This document shows positions 1-9,842 of a stretch of 64,000 bases of DNA, one piece after another. Numbering within the stretch: the stretch's first letter is position 1; each line of letters starts with the position of its first letter. This DNA comes from Dehalococcoidia bacterium (GTDB lineage Bacteria; Chloroflexota; Dehalococcoidia; SM23-28-2; RBG-16-64-32): positions 7,821 to 71,820 of the forward strand of contig DATKKM010000053.1 of NCBI GenBank assembly GCA_035542855.1. The letters run 5' to 3'. The position numbers were made by a program, and so were the translations under genes. Under the pieces are notes generated by a model that saw only the letters and a list, made by a program, of their open reading frames with translations, was not told the origin of the DNA and searched no databases.

Positions 1-10
1 GACGACGGGG

Positions 11-364
11 ATGTTCGACTTTGTGCTGCTGTACGGCGTGCTCTATCACCTGAAGTTCCCGCTCTACGGGCTGTACAAGACGGCTGCCGTCTGCGGGCAA
101 GAGCTGATCGTCGAGACGCACGTCACCCTGAACGACGACCTGGGCAAGCCGATGATGCTCTTCTACCCGGGCACCGAACTGAACGACGAGCCCACCAACT
201 GGTGGGGCCCGAACCCGCGCTGCGTGGACGCGATGGTCGAGCACCTGGGGTTCGAGATCACCGGCCGCGCCACGGCCGAGCAGAACGTGACCGGCTTCCA
301 GCAGGCCCGCTACACTGTCCGCGGCCGCCGCGTGATGCCGACGCCGGACATGTGGGAGATGTAG
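11..364 (+). CDS. SAM-dependent methyltransferase-like protein, C-terminal part (5' end runs off the window)
   Basis: The ORF is open to the window edge in the same frame. Weak similarity of the ...NWWGPNPRCVDAMVEHLGFEI segment to the C-termini of class I methyltransferases. It lies next to a polysaccharide-export module. Confidence 0.35.
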   Translation: MFDFVLLYGVLYHLKFPLYGLYKTAAVCGQELIVETHVTLNDDLGKPMMLFYPGTELNDEPTNWWGPNPRCVDAMVEHLGFEITGRATAEQNVTGFQQARYTVRGRRVMPTPDMWEM

Positions 365-373
365 TCAGCCGGC

Positions 374-1567
374 CTAGCCTGGCAGGTAGAACACTGCGAA
401 TAGGCCGCCGGTCAGGTAAAGCAGCCCCAAGGACATCGCGATGTACGGCGCCCGCATGATGGGGTAGCGCTGGATCAACACGGCAAAGGCGATGAACATG
501 GGGAACGCCGGCAGCGTGTAGCGGTTGAAGGCGTCGAGCCGGCCGTAGTCCAACGCGGGGCCCATGATCAGCACTGAGAAGGCGATGTAGCTTGGGCGGA
601 GGCGCAGCCAGATCATCAGGACCAGAGCGCACAGCCAGTAGACCAGGCCGGCCAGTCCGCTGACGTTCGAGATCCATTCGTTGGTGGAGTGAGTGATCCA
701 TATCGTGCGGATATCGTCTATCAGGGAGGGGATGAAGTGGATGGGGCCGGAGCGTACGGGCAGCGTCTCAAGGTGTGGGATCTCGCGGAACCTGTGGTAC
801 CAGGCCAGCGGATCATCGAAGGCGAAGTAGAGGTAAGTCATGTACAACAGCAAGCCGAGCGGCGCCAGGCCGAGCCAGAGAGCGTCCGCTCGCACGCGGC
901 GCCAGTCCCAGTCCAGCGAGTGCGCATACTCTACTGCGATCCCTACTCCGACGATAAGACCGGGCATTCGCGTACCGCTGGCGAGGCCAGCCATTAGCCC
1001 CGCAAGCGGCCACATGCGTTGGCGCGCGAAGTAGAAGGCTGTGACCGTTGCGAATACGAGGAAGGCCTCGTTGTAGGGGATAAACAGAAAGAGTGATGCC
1101 GGGTAGACCAGGAGCAAGAGCGAGGCGTCGCGGCTCTGCTCCGGTCCGTGGTCCAGCCGTGTCAGCAGGTAGAGCACGACGCAGCTAGCGAGCGCGAGGG
1201 CGAGCACCACGGCGGTCGCGGCGTATAGCGGCGACAGCTGCAGCCAGATGGCCAGGCGCATTACCACGGGCTCTGGCGGGAACCAGGCGGGGTAGTGCCG
1301 GGCGGAGCCGTAGCCGTTGTGGGCGATGAGCTCGTAGTTGAGGACGTCCCAGCGGTCGTAGACCGAGTGGACGAGCCCGGCGGGTGAGCCTGCCGCCAGG
1401 CCAAACGTCTGCCAGGCGATCCAGCCCACCAGGTACACGCTGGCCACGACGAGCGCGAAGGCAACGGTGATGATCGCGATGTTGCGTGCGTCTTCGTCTG
1501 TGCGGATCAGGTCACGAAAGTTGGGGAAGATGCCGGGGCGGGGACGGTCAAGCGCCGAATCCGCCAA
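374..1567 (-). CDS. polytopic membrane glycosyltransferase-like protein (GT-C / mannosyltransferase-like)
   Basis: 397 aa with about 10 predicted TM helices, rich in aromatic residues. Its start is adjacent to the stop of the upstream Wzt-like ATPase (1567/1568), which suggests translational coupling. Confidence 0.5.
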   Translation of the reverse strand: MADSALDRPRPGIFPNFRDLIRTDEDARNIAIITVAFALVVASVYLVGWIAWQTFGLAAGSPAGLVHSVYDRWDVLNYELIAHNGYGSARHYPAWFPPEPVVMRLAIWLQLSPLYAATAVVLALALASCVVLYLLTRLDHGPEQSRDASLLLLVYPASLFLFIPYNEAFLVFATVTAFYFARQRMWPLAGLMAGLASGTRMPGLIVGVGIAVEYAHSLDWDWRRVRADALWLGLAPLGLLLYMTYLYFAFDDPLAWYHRFREIPHLETLPVRSGPIHFIPSLIDDIRTIWITHSTNEWISNVSGLAGLVYWLCALVLMIWLRLRPSYIAFSVLIMGPALDYGRLDAFNRYTLPAFPMFIAFAVLIQRYPIMRAPYIAMSLGLLYLTGGLFAVFYLPG

Positions 1568-2332
1568 TTAGACACCAACCCCCGCTGCGTGAGGGACCGT
1601 TTCGATGTAGCGCTGGACGATCTCTTTGGCGGGGCCGTCCCCCAGCATGTGGCCGTGGTCCAGCCAGATGGCGCGCTCGCAGAACTCGCTGACAAGCGCC
1701 GTACTGTGTGAGACGAGGACGATGGTCACGCCCCTCGAGCGGAAGTCGTGCATCTTCTCGAGGCACTTCTCCTGGAAGAACGCGTCCCCAACGGCCAGCA
1801 CCTCGTCCACGAGCAGGATCTCCGGGTTGCTGTGCACGGCCACCGCGAAGCCCAGCCGCACGTACATTCCGGAGGAGTAGCGCTTGATGGGCGTGTCGAT
1901 GAACTCCTCCAGCTCTGCGAACTGGACGATGGCGTCGAACTGCTCCTTGATCTCGCGGCCGCTCATGCCCAGGATCGAGGCGTTGAGGTGGACGTTCTCG
2001 CGGCCCGTCAGGTCCGGGTGAAAGCCGGCGCCGAGCTCGATCAGCGGCGAGATGCGCCCGCCGATGTAGACCTGGCCGGAGCTGGGCGCGGTGACGCCGG
2101 CCATCAGCTTGAGCGCCGTGCTCTTGCCGCTGCCGTTGCGGCCGATGAGCGCCACCGTCTCGCCGCGGGAGATGGAGAACGTGACGTCTTGCAGCGCGCA
2201 GAACTGGTTCGTGAAGGGGCGCCGCGAGACGAGCGAGGAAGCGAACTCCCGCAGGGTGCGGCCATCGCGCAGGGCGTAGCGCTTGGTCACCTCTTCGAAG
2301 GCGATCTCTACCTGATCAAATGCTGTCCGCAA
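1568..2332 (-). CDS. ABC transporter ATP-binding protein, polysaccharide/teichoic acid export type (Wzt/TagH-like)
   Basis: Walker A GRNGSGKST, signature YSSGMYVRLGFA and Walker B LLVDEVLAVGD. Overlaps the upstream permease by 17 nt. Confidence 0.85.
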   Translation of the reverse strand: MRTAFDQVEIAFEEVTKRYALRDGRTLREFASSLVSRRPFTNQFCALQDVTFSISRGETVALIGRNGSGKSTALKLMAGVTAPSSGQVYIGGRISPLIELGAGFHPDLTGRENVHLNASILGMSGREIKEQFDAIVQFAELEEFIDTPIKRYSSGMYVRLGFAVAVHSNPEILLVDEVLAVGDAFFQEKCLEKMHDFRSRGVTIVLVSHSTALVSEFCERAIWLDHGHMLGDGPAKEIVQRYIETVPHAAGVGV

Positions 2333-3161
2333 ATCCGGACTCCATGCGCTTGAACAGGTAATAGCCGATGAGGAAAGTGACGGCGGCGATGGCGGCGCCC
2401 ACCAGCACCTTCTTGAAGTCTGGCTCTTGCCCGTAGAGGATCACGCGCCTGTAAGCGTCTATGAGGACGGCGTTGGGGTTGAGGTCAAACACCCAGCGGT
2501 ACTTGTCTGGCACGGTGCTGATCGGGTAGAGGACCGGCGTCATGTAGAACCACAGCGTCAGCACCACGCCCACGAGGAAGCGCACGTCATGGAAGTAGAG
2601 GTTGAGCGCGGCCAGCGGGTAGGTCAGGCCCATCACGAAGATCAGGTGCACTGTGAAGAGCAGCGGGAACCAGTAGCACGTGCTTTCCGGCAGGCGCCCG
2701 TAGTAGATCATCAGCATCGCCAGGATTACGAAGCCGAAGAACAGATCCACCAGCTTCGTGAGCACAGCGGCAGTCGGCAGTACCTCGCGCGGGAAGTACA
2801 CCTTGGTAACCAGCGACGAGGCGCCGGTCACAGCGTCTGTGCCGGAGGCCAGCGCAGCGGAGAAGAACAGCCACGGCACCAGTCCCACGAAGAGGAAGAG
2901 CGGGTACGGAGCGTTTCCGGCGGTGCCGATCTTCAGGATGGTGGAGAAGACGAAGCTCATGATCACCATCTGGCTCAGCGGGTTCACGAACGCCCACGCG
3001 TAGCCGAGTACGGACTGCTTGTACTGGCCGCGCAGGTGGCGCACGGTCATGTGCCAGAGGAGGTCACGCCGGCTCCAGAAATCGGCGAGGTGGCGAAGGT
3101 AGTCCACCGGGCCCAGCGAGGTACTGATGGGGGTTCGTCGCAATACTTCGGCTCGTGCCAT
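2316..3161 (-). CDS. ABC-2 type transporter permease (Wzm/TagG-like)
   Basis: 281 aa with six TM segments and the ABC-2 permease sequence pattern. Forms an operon with the Wzt-like ATPase. Confidence 0.8.
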   Translation of the reverse strand: MARAEVLRRTPISTSLGPVDYLRHLADFWSRRDLLWHMTVRHLRGQYKQSVLGYAWAFVNPLSQMVIMSFVFSTILKIGTAGNAPYPLFLFVGLVPWLFFSAALASGTDAVTGASSLVTKVYFPREVLPTAAVLTKLVDLFFGFVILAMLMIYYGRLPESTCYWFPLLFTVHLIFVMGLTYPLAALNLYFHDVRFLVGVVLTLWFYMTPVLYPISTVPDKYRWVFDLNPNAVLIDAYRRVILYGQEPDFKKVLVGAAIAAVTFLIGYYLFKRMESGFADSI

Positions 3162-3261
3162 ATCTACATAACCCGGGCATTCTGCCCGCTCAGGCTGATG
3201 TTATAGGCGGTACCTGCGGCGGGCAAGGAACGAGCGTACGGGGCGTGTGGAAGGACGCTGG

Positions 3262-4758
3262 CTAGCATGTGTTTGGCAGCGTTGTGACCAGGCCGATGAT
3301 GTACTCCAGCACGAGGAGGGCGTCGCGGCTGTCGGCGGCGCCGTCGCAGTTGGCGTCGTTGACAACGGAGACGCAGCCTCCCACGCCGCTGAGGTTGTTG
3401 AGGATGGCGAGAGCATCCCTGGCTGTGAGCGGCAGGCCGCAGCTCACCTGCGGCGGGTTCACGTACACCGTGACGGTGTATGGCACGAGCGCCGCCCACT
3501 CCGATTCGAGGCCGACAGCGCCGGTGTATTGCCCCGGCGGCAGGCCCGAGGTGTCGATGCTGACGGATAGGGGTGTCGAGTACGCGCCGCCGAGGTCCGT
3601 GCCCAGGGTAACCCCCTCCGAGTGCGAGACCGATATCCAGCTCTGCACGGACTGCGCCCGCCAGGTCATGAGACCGGTGCCATTGTTGGCGACGGACAGC
3701 GTGGCCTGGGCGTGCCCGTCGTTGGTGCTGACGTTGACCGGCGCCGGGCTCGCGGCCGCGATGGGCGAGCCGAGGAGCGCCGCGCGGTCCTGGCCCGGCG
3801 TGGAGGTGTCCGTGTGGGCGTCCGCCGGCGTGGGGATGTCCATCGCCGCGCACTGCAGGTCGAAGGAGCAGCTGTTCCAGTTGTTCGGGTCCAGCGGGAC
3901 GGCGTACGCGGGGTCGGAGAGGTTGGGCAGCGTCACCGGCTGGGCCGGCCAGAGGGGTTGCCCATCGCGCGTCGGTGGATGGGCGACGCAGCCCAGGACA
4001 AGCTCCTGGTATGGATAGTTGCGCGGCGTCCCGGGCTGGCAGTCGTACGGGGGGCGGTTCGGGTCGTAGCCGGAGTTGAGCGGGTGGTTCTTGAAGGCGA
4101 ACCCGTTGTAGGCCCAGAGCGCGTAGTACCAGTTTTCGATGATGTGCGGGTCACGGTTGCCGACGATCGGGCGGTATTCGGGTGCGTCGTTCCACTTGGA
4201 GGCGAGGATCTGGGCGCCGCGCGCGATGTTGAAGGCGTAGTGCCCGCCGATCATCGACTGGTCCAGGTTGGGCTTGCCGGAGACGTTCTGCATGCCGGAT
4301 GTGACCTGCATGATGCCGTACCCGCAGTCCGCCGAGACCAGCGTCGGGCCTGTTTCGCCGTACTGCACCAGCGGATCGTAGCTGGCCTGCGCCCACCCGC
4401 TTTCGATGTAGGCGATCGCTTTCAGCAGCACCGGCGGGACGTAGGGTGCGGCCAGAGTGCCGGAGCCGGCGCTGCGGTCGCCCGTCTCATCGGCGGGGAG
4501 CGCGAAGCCGTTATCGGGGAAGAGCTGGTTGGAGCCGGCCAGGTCGAAGGCGGTATCGTAGCGGGTCTTGTAGTCGCCGGCCTCCCATGTCTCCAGGTTG
4601 AACGGGCCCTGCGGGCTGCCAGTAGCCGAGCAATCGAAGCCGGCCAGCGCCCGGTGCGAGTGGCTGCCCAGCGCGAGCAGGGCAGCCACCCCGGCGGCCA
4701 GGATGGCTGCCCGGGCCATGGCGTTCAGCTTCCACCTCCACGACTCGGCCACAAACAT
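3262..4758 (-). CDS. secreted lytic transglycosylase (SLT domain) with C-terminal dockerin-like module
   Basis: N-terminal signal peptide (MARAAILAAGVAALLALG). SLT motifs IAYIESGW, GYGIMQV and AYNGF. C-terminal module VNDANCDGAADSRDALLVLEYIIG resembles a dockerin calcium-binding repeat. The start may be the internal Met near 4719. Confidence 0.6.
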   Translation of the reverse strand: MFVAESWRWKLNAMARAAILAAGVAALLALGSHSHRALAGFDCSATGSPQGPFNLETWEAGDYKTRYDTAFDLAGSNQLFPDNGFALPADETGDRSAGSGTLAAPYVPPVLLKAIAYIESGWAQASYDPLVQYGETGPTLVSADCGYGIMQVTSGMQNVSGKPNLDQSMIGGHYAFNIARGAQILASKWNDAPEYRPIVGNRDPHIIENWYYALWAYNGFAFKNHPLNSGYDPNRPPYDCQPGTPRNYPYQELVLGCVAHPPTRDGQPLWPAQPVTLPNLSDPAYAVPLDPNNWNSCSFDLQCAAMDIPTPADAHTDTSTPGQDRAALLGSPIAAASPAPVNVSTNDGHAQATLSVANNGTGLMTWRAQSVQSWISVSHSEGVTLGTDLGGAYSTPLSVSIDTSGLPPGQYTGAVGLESEWAALVPYTVTVYVNPPQVSCGLPLTARDALAILNNLSGVGGCVSVVNDANCDGAADSRDALLVLEYIIGLVTTLPNTC

Positions 4759-4889
4759 GTATAACGCTCGCCCCAGCGAACAGTAGCTGCGGCAATGCTG
4801 ATATTGTCGCCCATCGGCGCGGGAATTTCGAACGGGGAACGGGAAAGGCCCCGGAGAACCGGGGCCTTATGTCTTCTTGCCCGGCGAAT

Positions 4890-5150
4890 CTACGCTCTTA
4901 TGCGCGGTGTGTGCATCGCTCCATTGCTGATCGGCTCGTCGATGTAGAGGTCGCCGTTGCGGATCTTGATGTTGAACCCGCACGCCGGGTTGGTGCAGGC
5001 CCATGCCTTGTAATAGATGGCCGCCCCCTGGCTTCCGAAATCCGAGAGAGGAACGAGGTCCCCCACGTCGCATTTCTGACACTTGGGAAAGCCAGACACT
5101 CCAAGCACGATATCCCTCCCCCTTGCAGTCTTGTCTGCGGAGTATAACAA
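4890..5150 (-). CDS. small Cys4 zinc-ribbon protein (hypothetical)
   Basis: 86 aa with CxxC ... CxxxxC (KCQKC ... CTNPAC). No other support. Confidence 0.35.
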   Translation of the reverse strand: MLYSADKTARGRDIVLGVSGFPKCQKCDVGDLVPLSDFGSQGAAIYYKAWACTNPACGFNIKIRNGDLYIDEPISNGAMHTPRIRA

Positions 5151-5274
5151 CGCCGTTTTAATGTTGACAAGTAGAAATCGCGAGTTTTGCTACAGTCTTC
5201 TCACTCTATAGCCTCGCCACGGCGGGAGGCGCGATAGCCGCTAAGGCAGGCCGCCGCTATCCTGAGGGTGGCCC

Positions 5275-6099
5275 ATGGAAGACTTGCTCCACGCCATAGT
5301 GCTCGGCATTGTGCAGGGCCTCTCCGAATTCCTCCCCATCTCCTCTTCCGGGCACCTCATCGTCGTCCGTGACCTCTTCCACTGGCAGTTCACGGACAAC
5401 CTGACGTTTGACGTCGCGCTGCACGTGGGGACGACGGTGGCCGTGCTGGTCTATTTCTGGCGGGAGTGGCTTTCCATGGCTCGCGCCCTGCTACGCTGGG
5501 TGTCCGGTGACCGGGAGCCGCGGATCGGTGAGCTTTACAACGCGCACGTCCTGGGCCTGATCATCCTCGGCTCGATCCCGATAGGCATCCTCGGCATCCT
5601 CTTCGAGAAGAAGTTCGAAGACTGGATCCGGGACCCCGTAGTCGTTGGTACGATGCTATTCCTGTTCGCTTTCGTACTCCTGGCCGTGGACCGGCTTGAC
5701 CGCGCCACGAAGACCCTCTCCGACGCCACCTGGAAAGACGCGCTCTTCATCGGTTGTGCGCAGTCCATGGCGCTGGTCCCGGGCGTCTCACGCTCGGGCG
5801 CTACGATCGCCGCGGGCCTCTTTCGCAACTTCAATCGGCAGGACGCGGCGCGCTATTCGTTCCTGCTCTCGACGCCGGCCATCGGCGGAGCGGCGCTGCT
5901 CAAGTTTTCGGAAGCCCTCCGCGACGGCACGCTCACCGACAACCTGGACCAGATGGTGGTTGGCGCCACGGCGGCGGCCATCGTCGGGTTCATCTCCATC
6001 GCTTTCCTGATGCGCCTGGTGCAGACACGGACGTTCCTGCCGTTCGTGAGCTACCGGCTGCTGGCCGGCGCGTTCTTCGTGCTCTACTTCACGCTCTAG
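5275..6099 (+). CDS. uppP: undecaprenyl-diphosphatase
   Basis: N-terminus VLGIVQGLSEFLPISSSGHL and the membrane topology are typical of UppP/BacA. Confidence 0.9.
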   Translation: MEDLLHAIVLGIVQGLSEFLPISSSGHLIVVRDLFHWQFTDNLTFDVALHVGTTVAVLVYFWREWLSMARALLRWVSGDREPRIGELYNAHVLGLIILGSIPIGILGILFEKKFEDWIRDPVVVGTMLFLFAFVLLAVDRLDRATKTLSDATWKDALFIGCAQSMALVPGVSRSGATIAAGLFRNFNRQDAARYSFLLSTPAIGGAALLKFSEALRDGTLTDNLDQMVVGATAAAIVGFISIAFLMRLVQTRTFLPFVSYRLLAGAFFVLYFTL

Positions 6100-6119
6100 C
6101 CTGATACACTGGCTTCCCC

Positions 6120-6878
6120 ATGGACGAGTCACGCCTGCGCGAGCTGATGGAATCGCTGCGAGCGGGCGCCGTTACGGTTGACGAGGCGCTGGGGCGGCTG
6201 CGGCACATGCCGTACGAGGACCTGGGCTACGCGGCGCTGGACCATCACCGCGCGCTGCGCACCGGCTTTCCGGAGGTGGTCTTCGGCCAGGGCAAGACGC
6301 CGGAGCAGACGGCCGCGATCGCCGAGCGCCTGGCAGCCCAGGGCGACCGTCTCCTGGTCACCCGCACAAGCCTGGAGGCCTACCGCGCGGTCAAGGAGCG
6401 TCTGCCGGACGCCGTCTACCACCCGGAGGCGCGCGCCATCACCCTTGACCGCGCGCGTGAGGCGAGGCGGCCGGGCGTGGCTGTCTGCTGCGCGGGCACA
6501 TCCGATGTTCCCGTCGCCGAAGAGGCGGCGGTGACCGCGGAGCTGATGGGCAGCGCTGCAGACCGCATGTACGACGTGGGCGTGGCGGGTATCCACCGCC
6601 TGCTGGACAAGACGGAGCGGCTGCAGAGCGCGAAGGCCGTCGTCGTCGTGGCCGGGATGGAGGGCGCGCTGCCCAGCGTCGTCGCGGGCCTCGTGGGGGC
6701 GCCGGTGATCGCCGTGCCGACGTCGGTCGGCTACGGGGCCAGCTTCGGCGGGCTGGCGCCGCTCCTGGCGATGCTGAACGCCTGCGCGGCGGGCGTCGCC
6801 GTCGTCAACATCGACAACGGGTTCGGCGCCGGCTACATGGCGGCCGTGATCAACCGCCAGAGCGGCGTGGCGGAGTAA
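6120..6878 (+). CDS. larB: nickel-pincer cofactor biosynthesis protein LarB (PurE-like)
   Basis: The N-terminus ...[37 protein letters not shown] and the PurE-like C-terminal domain match the LarB family. Confidence 0.75.
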   Translation: MDESRLRELMESLRAGAVTVDEALGRLRHMPYEDLGYAALDHHRALRTGFPEVVFGQGKTPEQTAAIAERLAAQGDRLLVTRTSLEAYRAVKERLPDAVYHPEARAITLDRAREARRPGVAVCCAGTSDVPVAEEAAVTAELMGSAADRMYDVGVAGIHRLLDKTERLQSAKAVVVVAGMEGALPSVVAGLVGAPVIAVPTSVGYGASFGGLAPLLAMLNACAAGVAVVNIDNGFGAGYMAAVINRQSGVAE

Positions 6879-6881
6879 GAG

Positions 6882-8057
6882 TTGCGCGTCGCCTACCTGG
6901 ACTGCTTCTCCGGCGTCAGCGGCGACATGCTGCTGGGCGCCATGCTGGACGCCGGCCTGCCGCTTGCGGACCTGCAGAACGCGCTGTCCGGCCTGCCGCT
7001 GGAGGGCTGGTTGCTCAGCGCGCAGAAAGTGAAGCGCGCCGGCATCACAGGCACCCACGCCGTCGTCGACGTGCGGGACGAGCAGCCGGCGCGCACGCTG
7101 GGCGACATCCTGCGCATCGTCGCGGACGCCCGCCTGCCGGACGCGGACAAGGAGCGCGCCGCCGCTGTCTTCCGCCGCCTGGCACAGGCCGAGGCCACGG
7201 TCCACGGTGAGCCTGCCGATGCGGTGCACCTGCACGACGTCGGCGCGGTGGACGCCATCGTCGACGTGGTGGGCGCCGTCGCCGGCCTGCGCCTGCTGGG
7301 CGCCGAGAGGCTGTACTGCTCGCCGCTGCCGCTGGGTGAGGGAGAGGTGAGCGGCCCGCACGGCGCGCTGCCGGTGCCCGCTCCGGCCACCCTGGCGCTG
7401 CTTGCAGGATCGCCGGCCCGGGTCAGGGCCGGGGCGTTCCACGGCGAACTGGTGACGCCCACCGGCGCGGCGATCGTTACGACGCTGGCGGCGTTCGAGC
7501 GGCCGGAGATGACGGTCGAAGCGGTAGGCTACGGCGCCGGCACGCGGGACCCGGCGGGCCGGCCCAACGTTCTGCGCCTGTGGCTGGGCGAGGCGGAGGC
7601 CGAGCGTGCGACGCGGCCGATGCTGCTGATCGAGACGAACATCGATGACATGACGCCGGAGATGCTGGCCTACGTGCAGGCGAAGCTGCTCCGTGAGGGC
7701 GCCGCCGACGCCTGGCTGACGCCTGTGGCCATGAAGAAGGGCCGCAGCGCCTTCGTGCTCTCGGTGATCTGCTCCGAGGCGGACGAGGAGCGGGTCGCAC
7801 GTTTGCTGCTTCGCGAGACCTCGACGCTGGGCGTGCGAGTGCGGCCTGTGCACCGCTGGGAGGCCGAGCGCGAGGTGATCGAGTTCGAGTCGTCGCTGGG
7901 GCCGGCGGCGGTGAAGGTGAAGCGCCTGCCGGGCGAGCGGCCACAGGTCGCGCCGGAGTTCGAAGCGTGCCGTGCCATTGCGGAGGCGGGCGGGCTGCCG
8001 ATCGCCGAGGTTTACCGCGTGGTGCAGGCGGAAGGGGAGAGGCTGGCCGGAGGGTAA
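6882..8057 (+). CDS. larC: nickel insertion protein LarC (DUF111)
   Basis: MRVAYLDCFSGVSGDMLLGAMLDAG N-terminus and length of about 390 aa. Sits directly downstream of larB. Confidence 0.75.
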   Translation: MRVAYLDCFSGVSGDMLLGAMLDAGLPLADLQNALSGLPLEGWLLSAQKVKRAGITGTHAVVDVRDEQPARTLGDILRIVADARLPDADKERAAAVFRRLAQAEATVHGEPADAVHLHDVGAVDAIVDVVGAVAGLRLLGAERLYCSPLPLGEGEVSGPHGALPVPAPATLALLAGSPARVRAGAFHGELVTPTGAAIVTTLAAFERPEMTVEAVGYGAGTRDPAGRPNVLRLWLGEAEAERATRPMLLIETNIDDMTPEMLAYVQAKLLREGAADAWLTPVAMKKGRSAFVLSVICSEADEERVARLLLRETSTLGVRVRPVHRWEAEREVIEFESSLGPAAVKVKRLPGERPQVAPEFEACRAIAEAGGLPIAEVYRVVQAEGERLAGG

Positions 8058-8228
8058 GAAAGGCCGGCTCCGGCGGCGGGGAACCTTACCGAGAGCCGGC
8101 GGGCGAGGGAGGGGGTGGATGTCAGGGGGTGGCTACCACCTCACTCAGGTTGAAGTGTGCGAAATTATGGGCGTCCAGGCGTAATCCGTCAAGCAAATAT
8201 GAGCTACGCTTGCGACCCAATTTGTTGA

Positions 8229-9026
8229 TTAGAGTACAAAGCGGGAGATGGCCCAGGCCACGCCGTCTTCGTCGTTGGAGGGCGCTATGTGCAGCGCCTC
8301 CTTGCGCACGATGTCCGGCGAGTTGCGCATAGCGATGCCCAGCCCGGCCCAGCGCAGCATCGCCAGGTCGGACTCGGAGTCGCCCATGGCGATGGTCTCC
8401 GCTGCCGGCACGCCCAGCGCCTCGCAGACAGCGGCGAGGCCGGTGGCTTTCTCGGCTTTCGGATGGGTGATGACCACGTAGTGCGGCTGGCCGACGGGCG
8501 TGTTGAAGGAGAAACGCACGCGCCCTTCGTACTTCGGCGCGAAACGCTCGCCCACTTCGCGGACGGAGGCCTCCTGCCAGATCTGCACGCAGGTCGGGTC
8601 GGCGTCGCCCAGGTGGGCGGACTGGCGCTCCGCGACTTTGAGGCCGCCGGGCAGCTTCTCCGGGATGATGCCCGGCCGGGGGTTCATGTACGTGGAGGTG
8701 CCGACGGTGGTGAACATCTCCCAGCCGTGGTCGTCGCCCCAGGTGACGATCTCCCGCGCGGCCTCGGCGTCCAGCGGCAGGTGGAACACCTCGCGGCCGT
8801 CGGGGTAGCGGGCCTCGGCGCCGTTGGAGCAGATGATCGGCGTCTCCAGGCCCAGGCGGTCAGCGGTGCGCTTGGCCAGGCCGAACCAGCGCGACGTGGC
8901 GAGGACGATGTGAGCGCCGGCGTCCATTGCCTTGTGCAGCGCCTCCTGGTTCGCTTCCGAGACCTTCATCCCAGAGTTGAGCAGCGTCCCGTCCAGGTCA
9001 AGCGCGATGAGCCGGAACCGTGGCAT
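8229..9026 (-). CDS. Cof-type HAD-IIB family hydrolase
   Basis: LIALDLDGTLL motif I with a Cof-like cap. 265 aa. Confidence 0.8.
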   Translation of the reverse strand: MPRFRLIALDLDGTLLNSGMKVSEANQEALHKAMDAGAHIVLATSRWFGLAKRTADRLGLETPIICSNGAEARYPDGREVFHLPLDAEAAREIVTWGDDHGWEMFTTVGTSTYMNPRPGIIPEKLPGGLKVAERQSAHLGDADPTCVQIWQEASVREVGERFAPKYEGRVRFSFNTPVGQPHYVVITHPKAEKATGLAAVCEALGVPAAETIAMGDSESDLAMLRWAGLGIAMRNSPDIVRKEALHIAPSNDEDGVAWAISRFVL

Positions 9027-9047
9027 GGCGGCATTATAACGATTTGG

Positions 9048-9788
9048 TCACGGAAACCCCATCTTGCGGTCGCGCAGGCTGACGAAGCCACGGCGGGCGA
9101 TGACGATGTGGTCCAGCAGCTCGACGCCCAGGAGCTTGCCGGCTTCGATCAGGAGCCTGGTGAGGGCGGCGTCCTCCGCGCTGGGCGAGGGATCGCCGGA
9201 GGGATGGTTGTGCGTGATCACGATGTTCGGGCAGCCCTCCCGGATGGCGTCGCGGAAGACCTCGCCCGGCCGGACGACGGCGCTGCTGACGTTGCCCTTG
9301 TAGACGTCGCGGACGGAGACGACCTCGTTGCGGGTGGTGAGCAGGATGACGCGCAGGTGCTCCTGCTCCAGGAGCGCCATCTCGCCGAAGAGCATGGCGT
9401 GCACGTCTTCCGGCGTGCGGATGATGCGCCGCTGCTCCGGCGTAGCCTGGACGATGCGCTTGCCCAGCTCGATCGCGGCGAGAAGCTGCGCCGCTTTCGC
9501 GCCGCCCATCGCCCGCTCGCCGGCCAGCTCGCCGTAGCTGGCCCGTCCGAGGCCGCGCAGCCCCTCGAAGCGCGCCAGCAGGCGCTGCGCCACAGAGACG
9601 ACGTTCTCGCCCGCCACGCCGGTGCGGAGGAGGATGGCGATGAGTTCGGCGTTGGAGAGCACCTCCGCGCCGCGCATGCGCAGCCGTTCGCGCGGGCGTT
9701 CGTCGGCAGGCATGTCGCGGATCAGGGGCCGGTAGGTTTCGCGGGCCGCGTCCAGCACGGGACGAAGGTAGCGCGCCCAGCGCGTCAT
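9048..9788 (-). CDS. radC: RadC-family JAB/MPN domain protein
   Basis: HNHPSGDPSPSAEDAALTRRL JAMM motif and an N-terminal helix-hairpin-helix region. Confidence 0.85.
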   Translation of the reverse strand: MTRWARYLRPVLDAARETYRPLIRDMPADERPRERLRMRGAEVLSNAELIAILLRTGVAGENVVSVAQRLLARFEGLRGLGRASYGELAGERAMGGAKAAQLLAAIELGKRIVQATPEQRRIIRTPEDVHAMLFGEMALLEQEHLRVILLTTRNEVVSVRDVYKGNVSSAVVRPGEVFRDAIREGCPNIVITHNHPSGDPSPSAEDAALTRLLIEAGKLLGVELLDHIVIARRGFVSLRDRKMGFP

Positions 9789-9842
9789 CTGGAAGCGGGG
9801 AGTGGCACGCGATCCAATCCGACGTTGTTCCGGCGTTGCGCC

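Noticed and set aside
5164-5196. Candidate uppP promoter TTGACA ... TACAGT
   Set aside because: Spacer of 21 nt to the best -10-like hexamer. It is too irregular to call without data.
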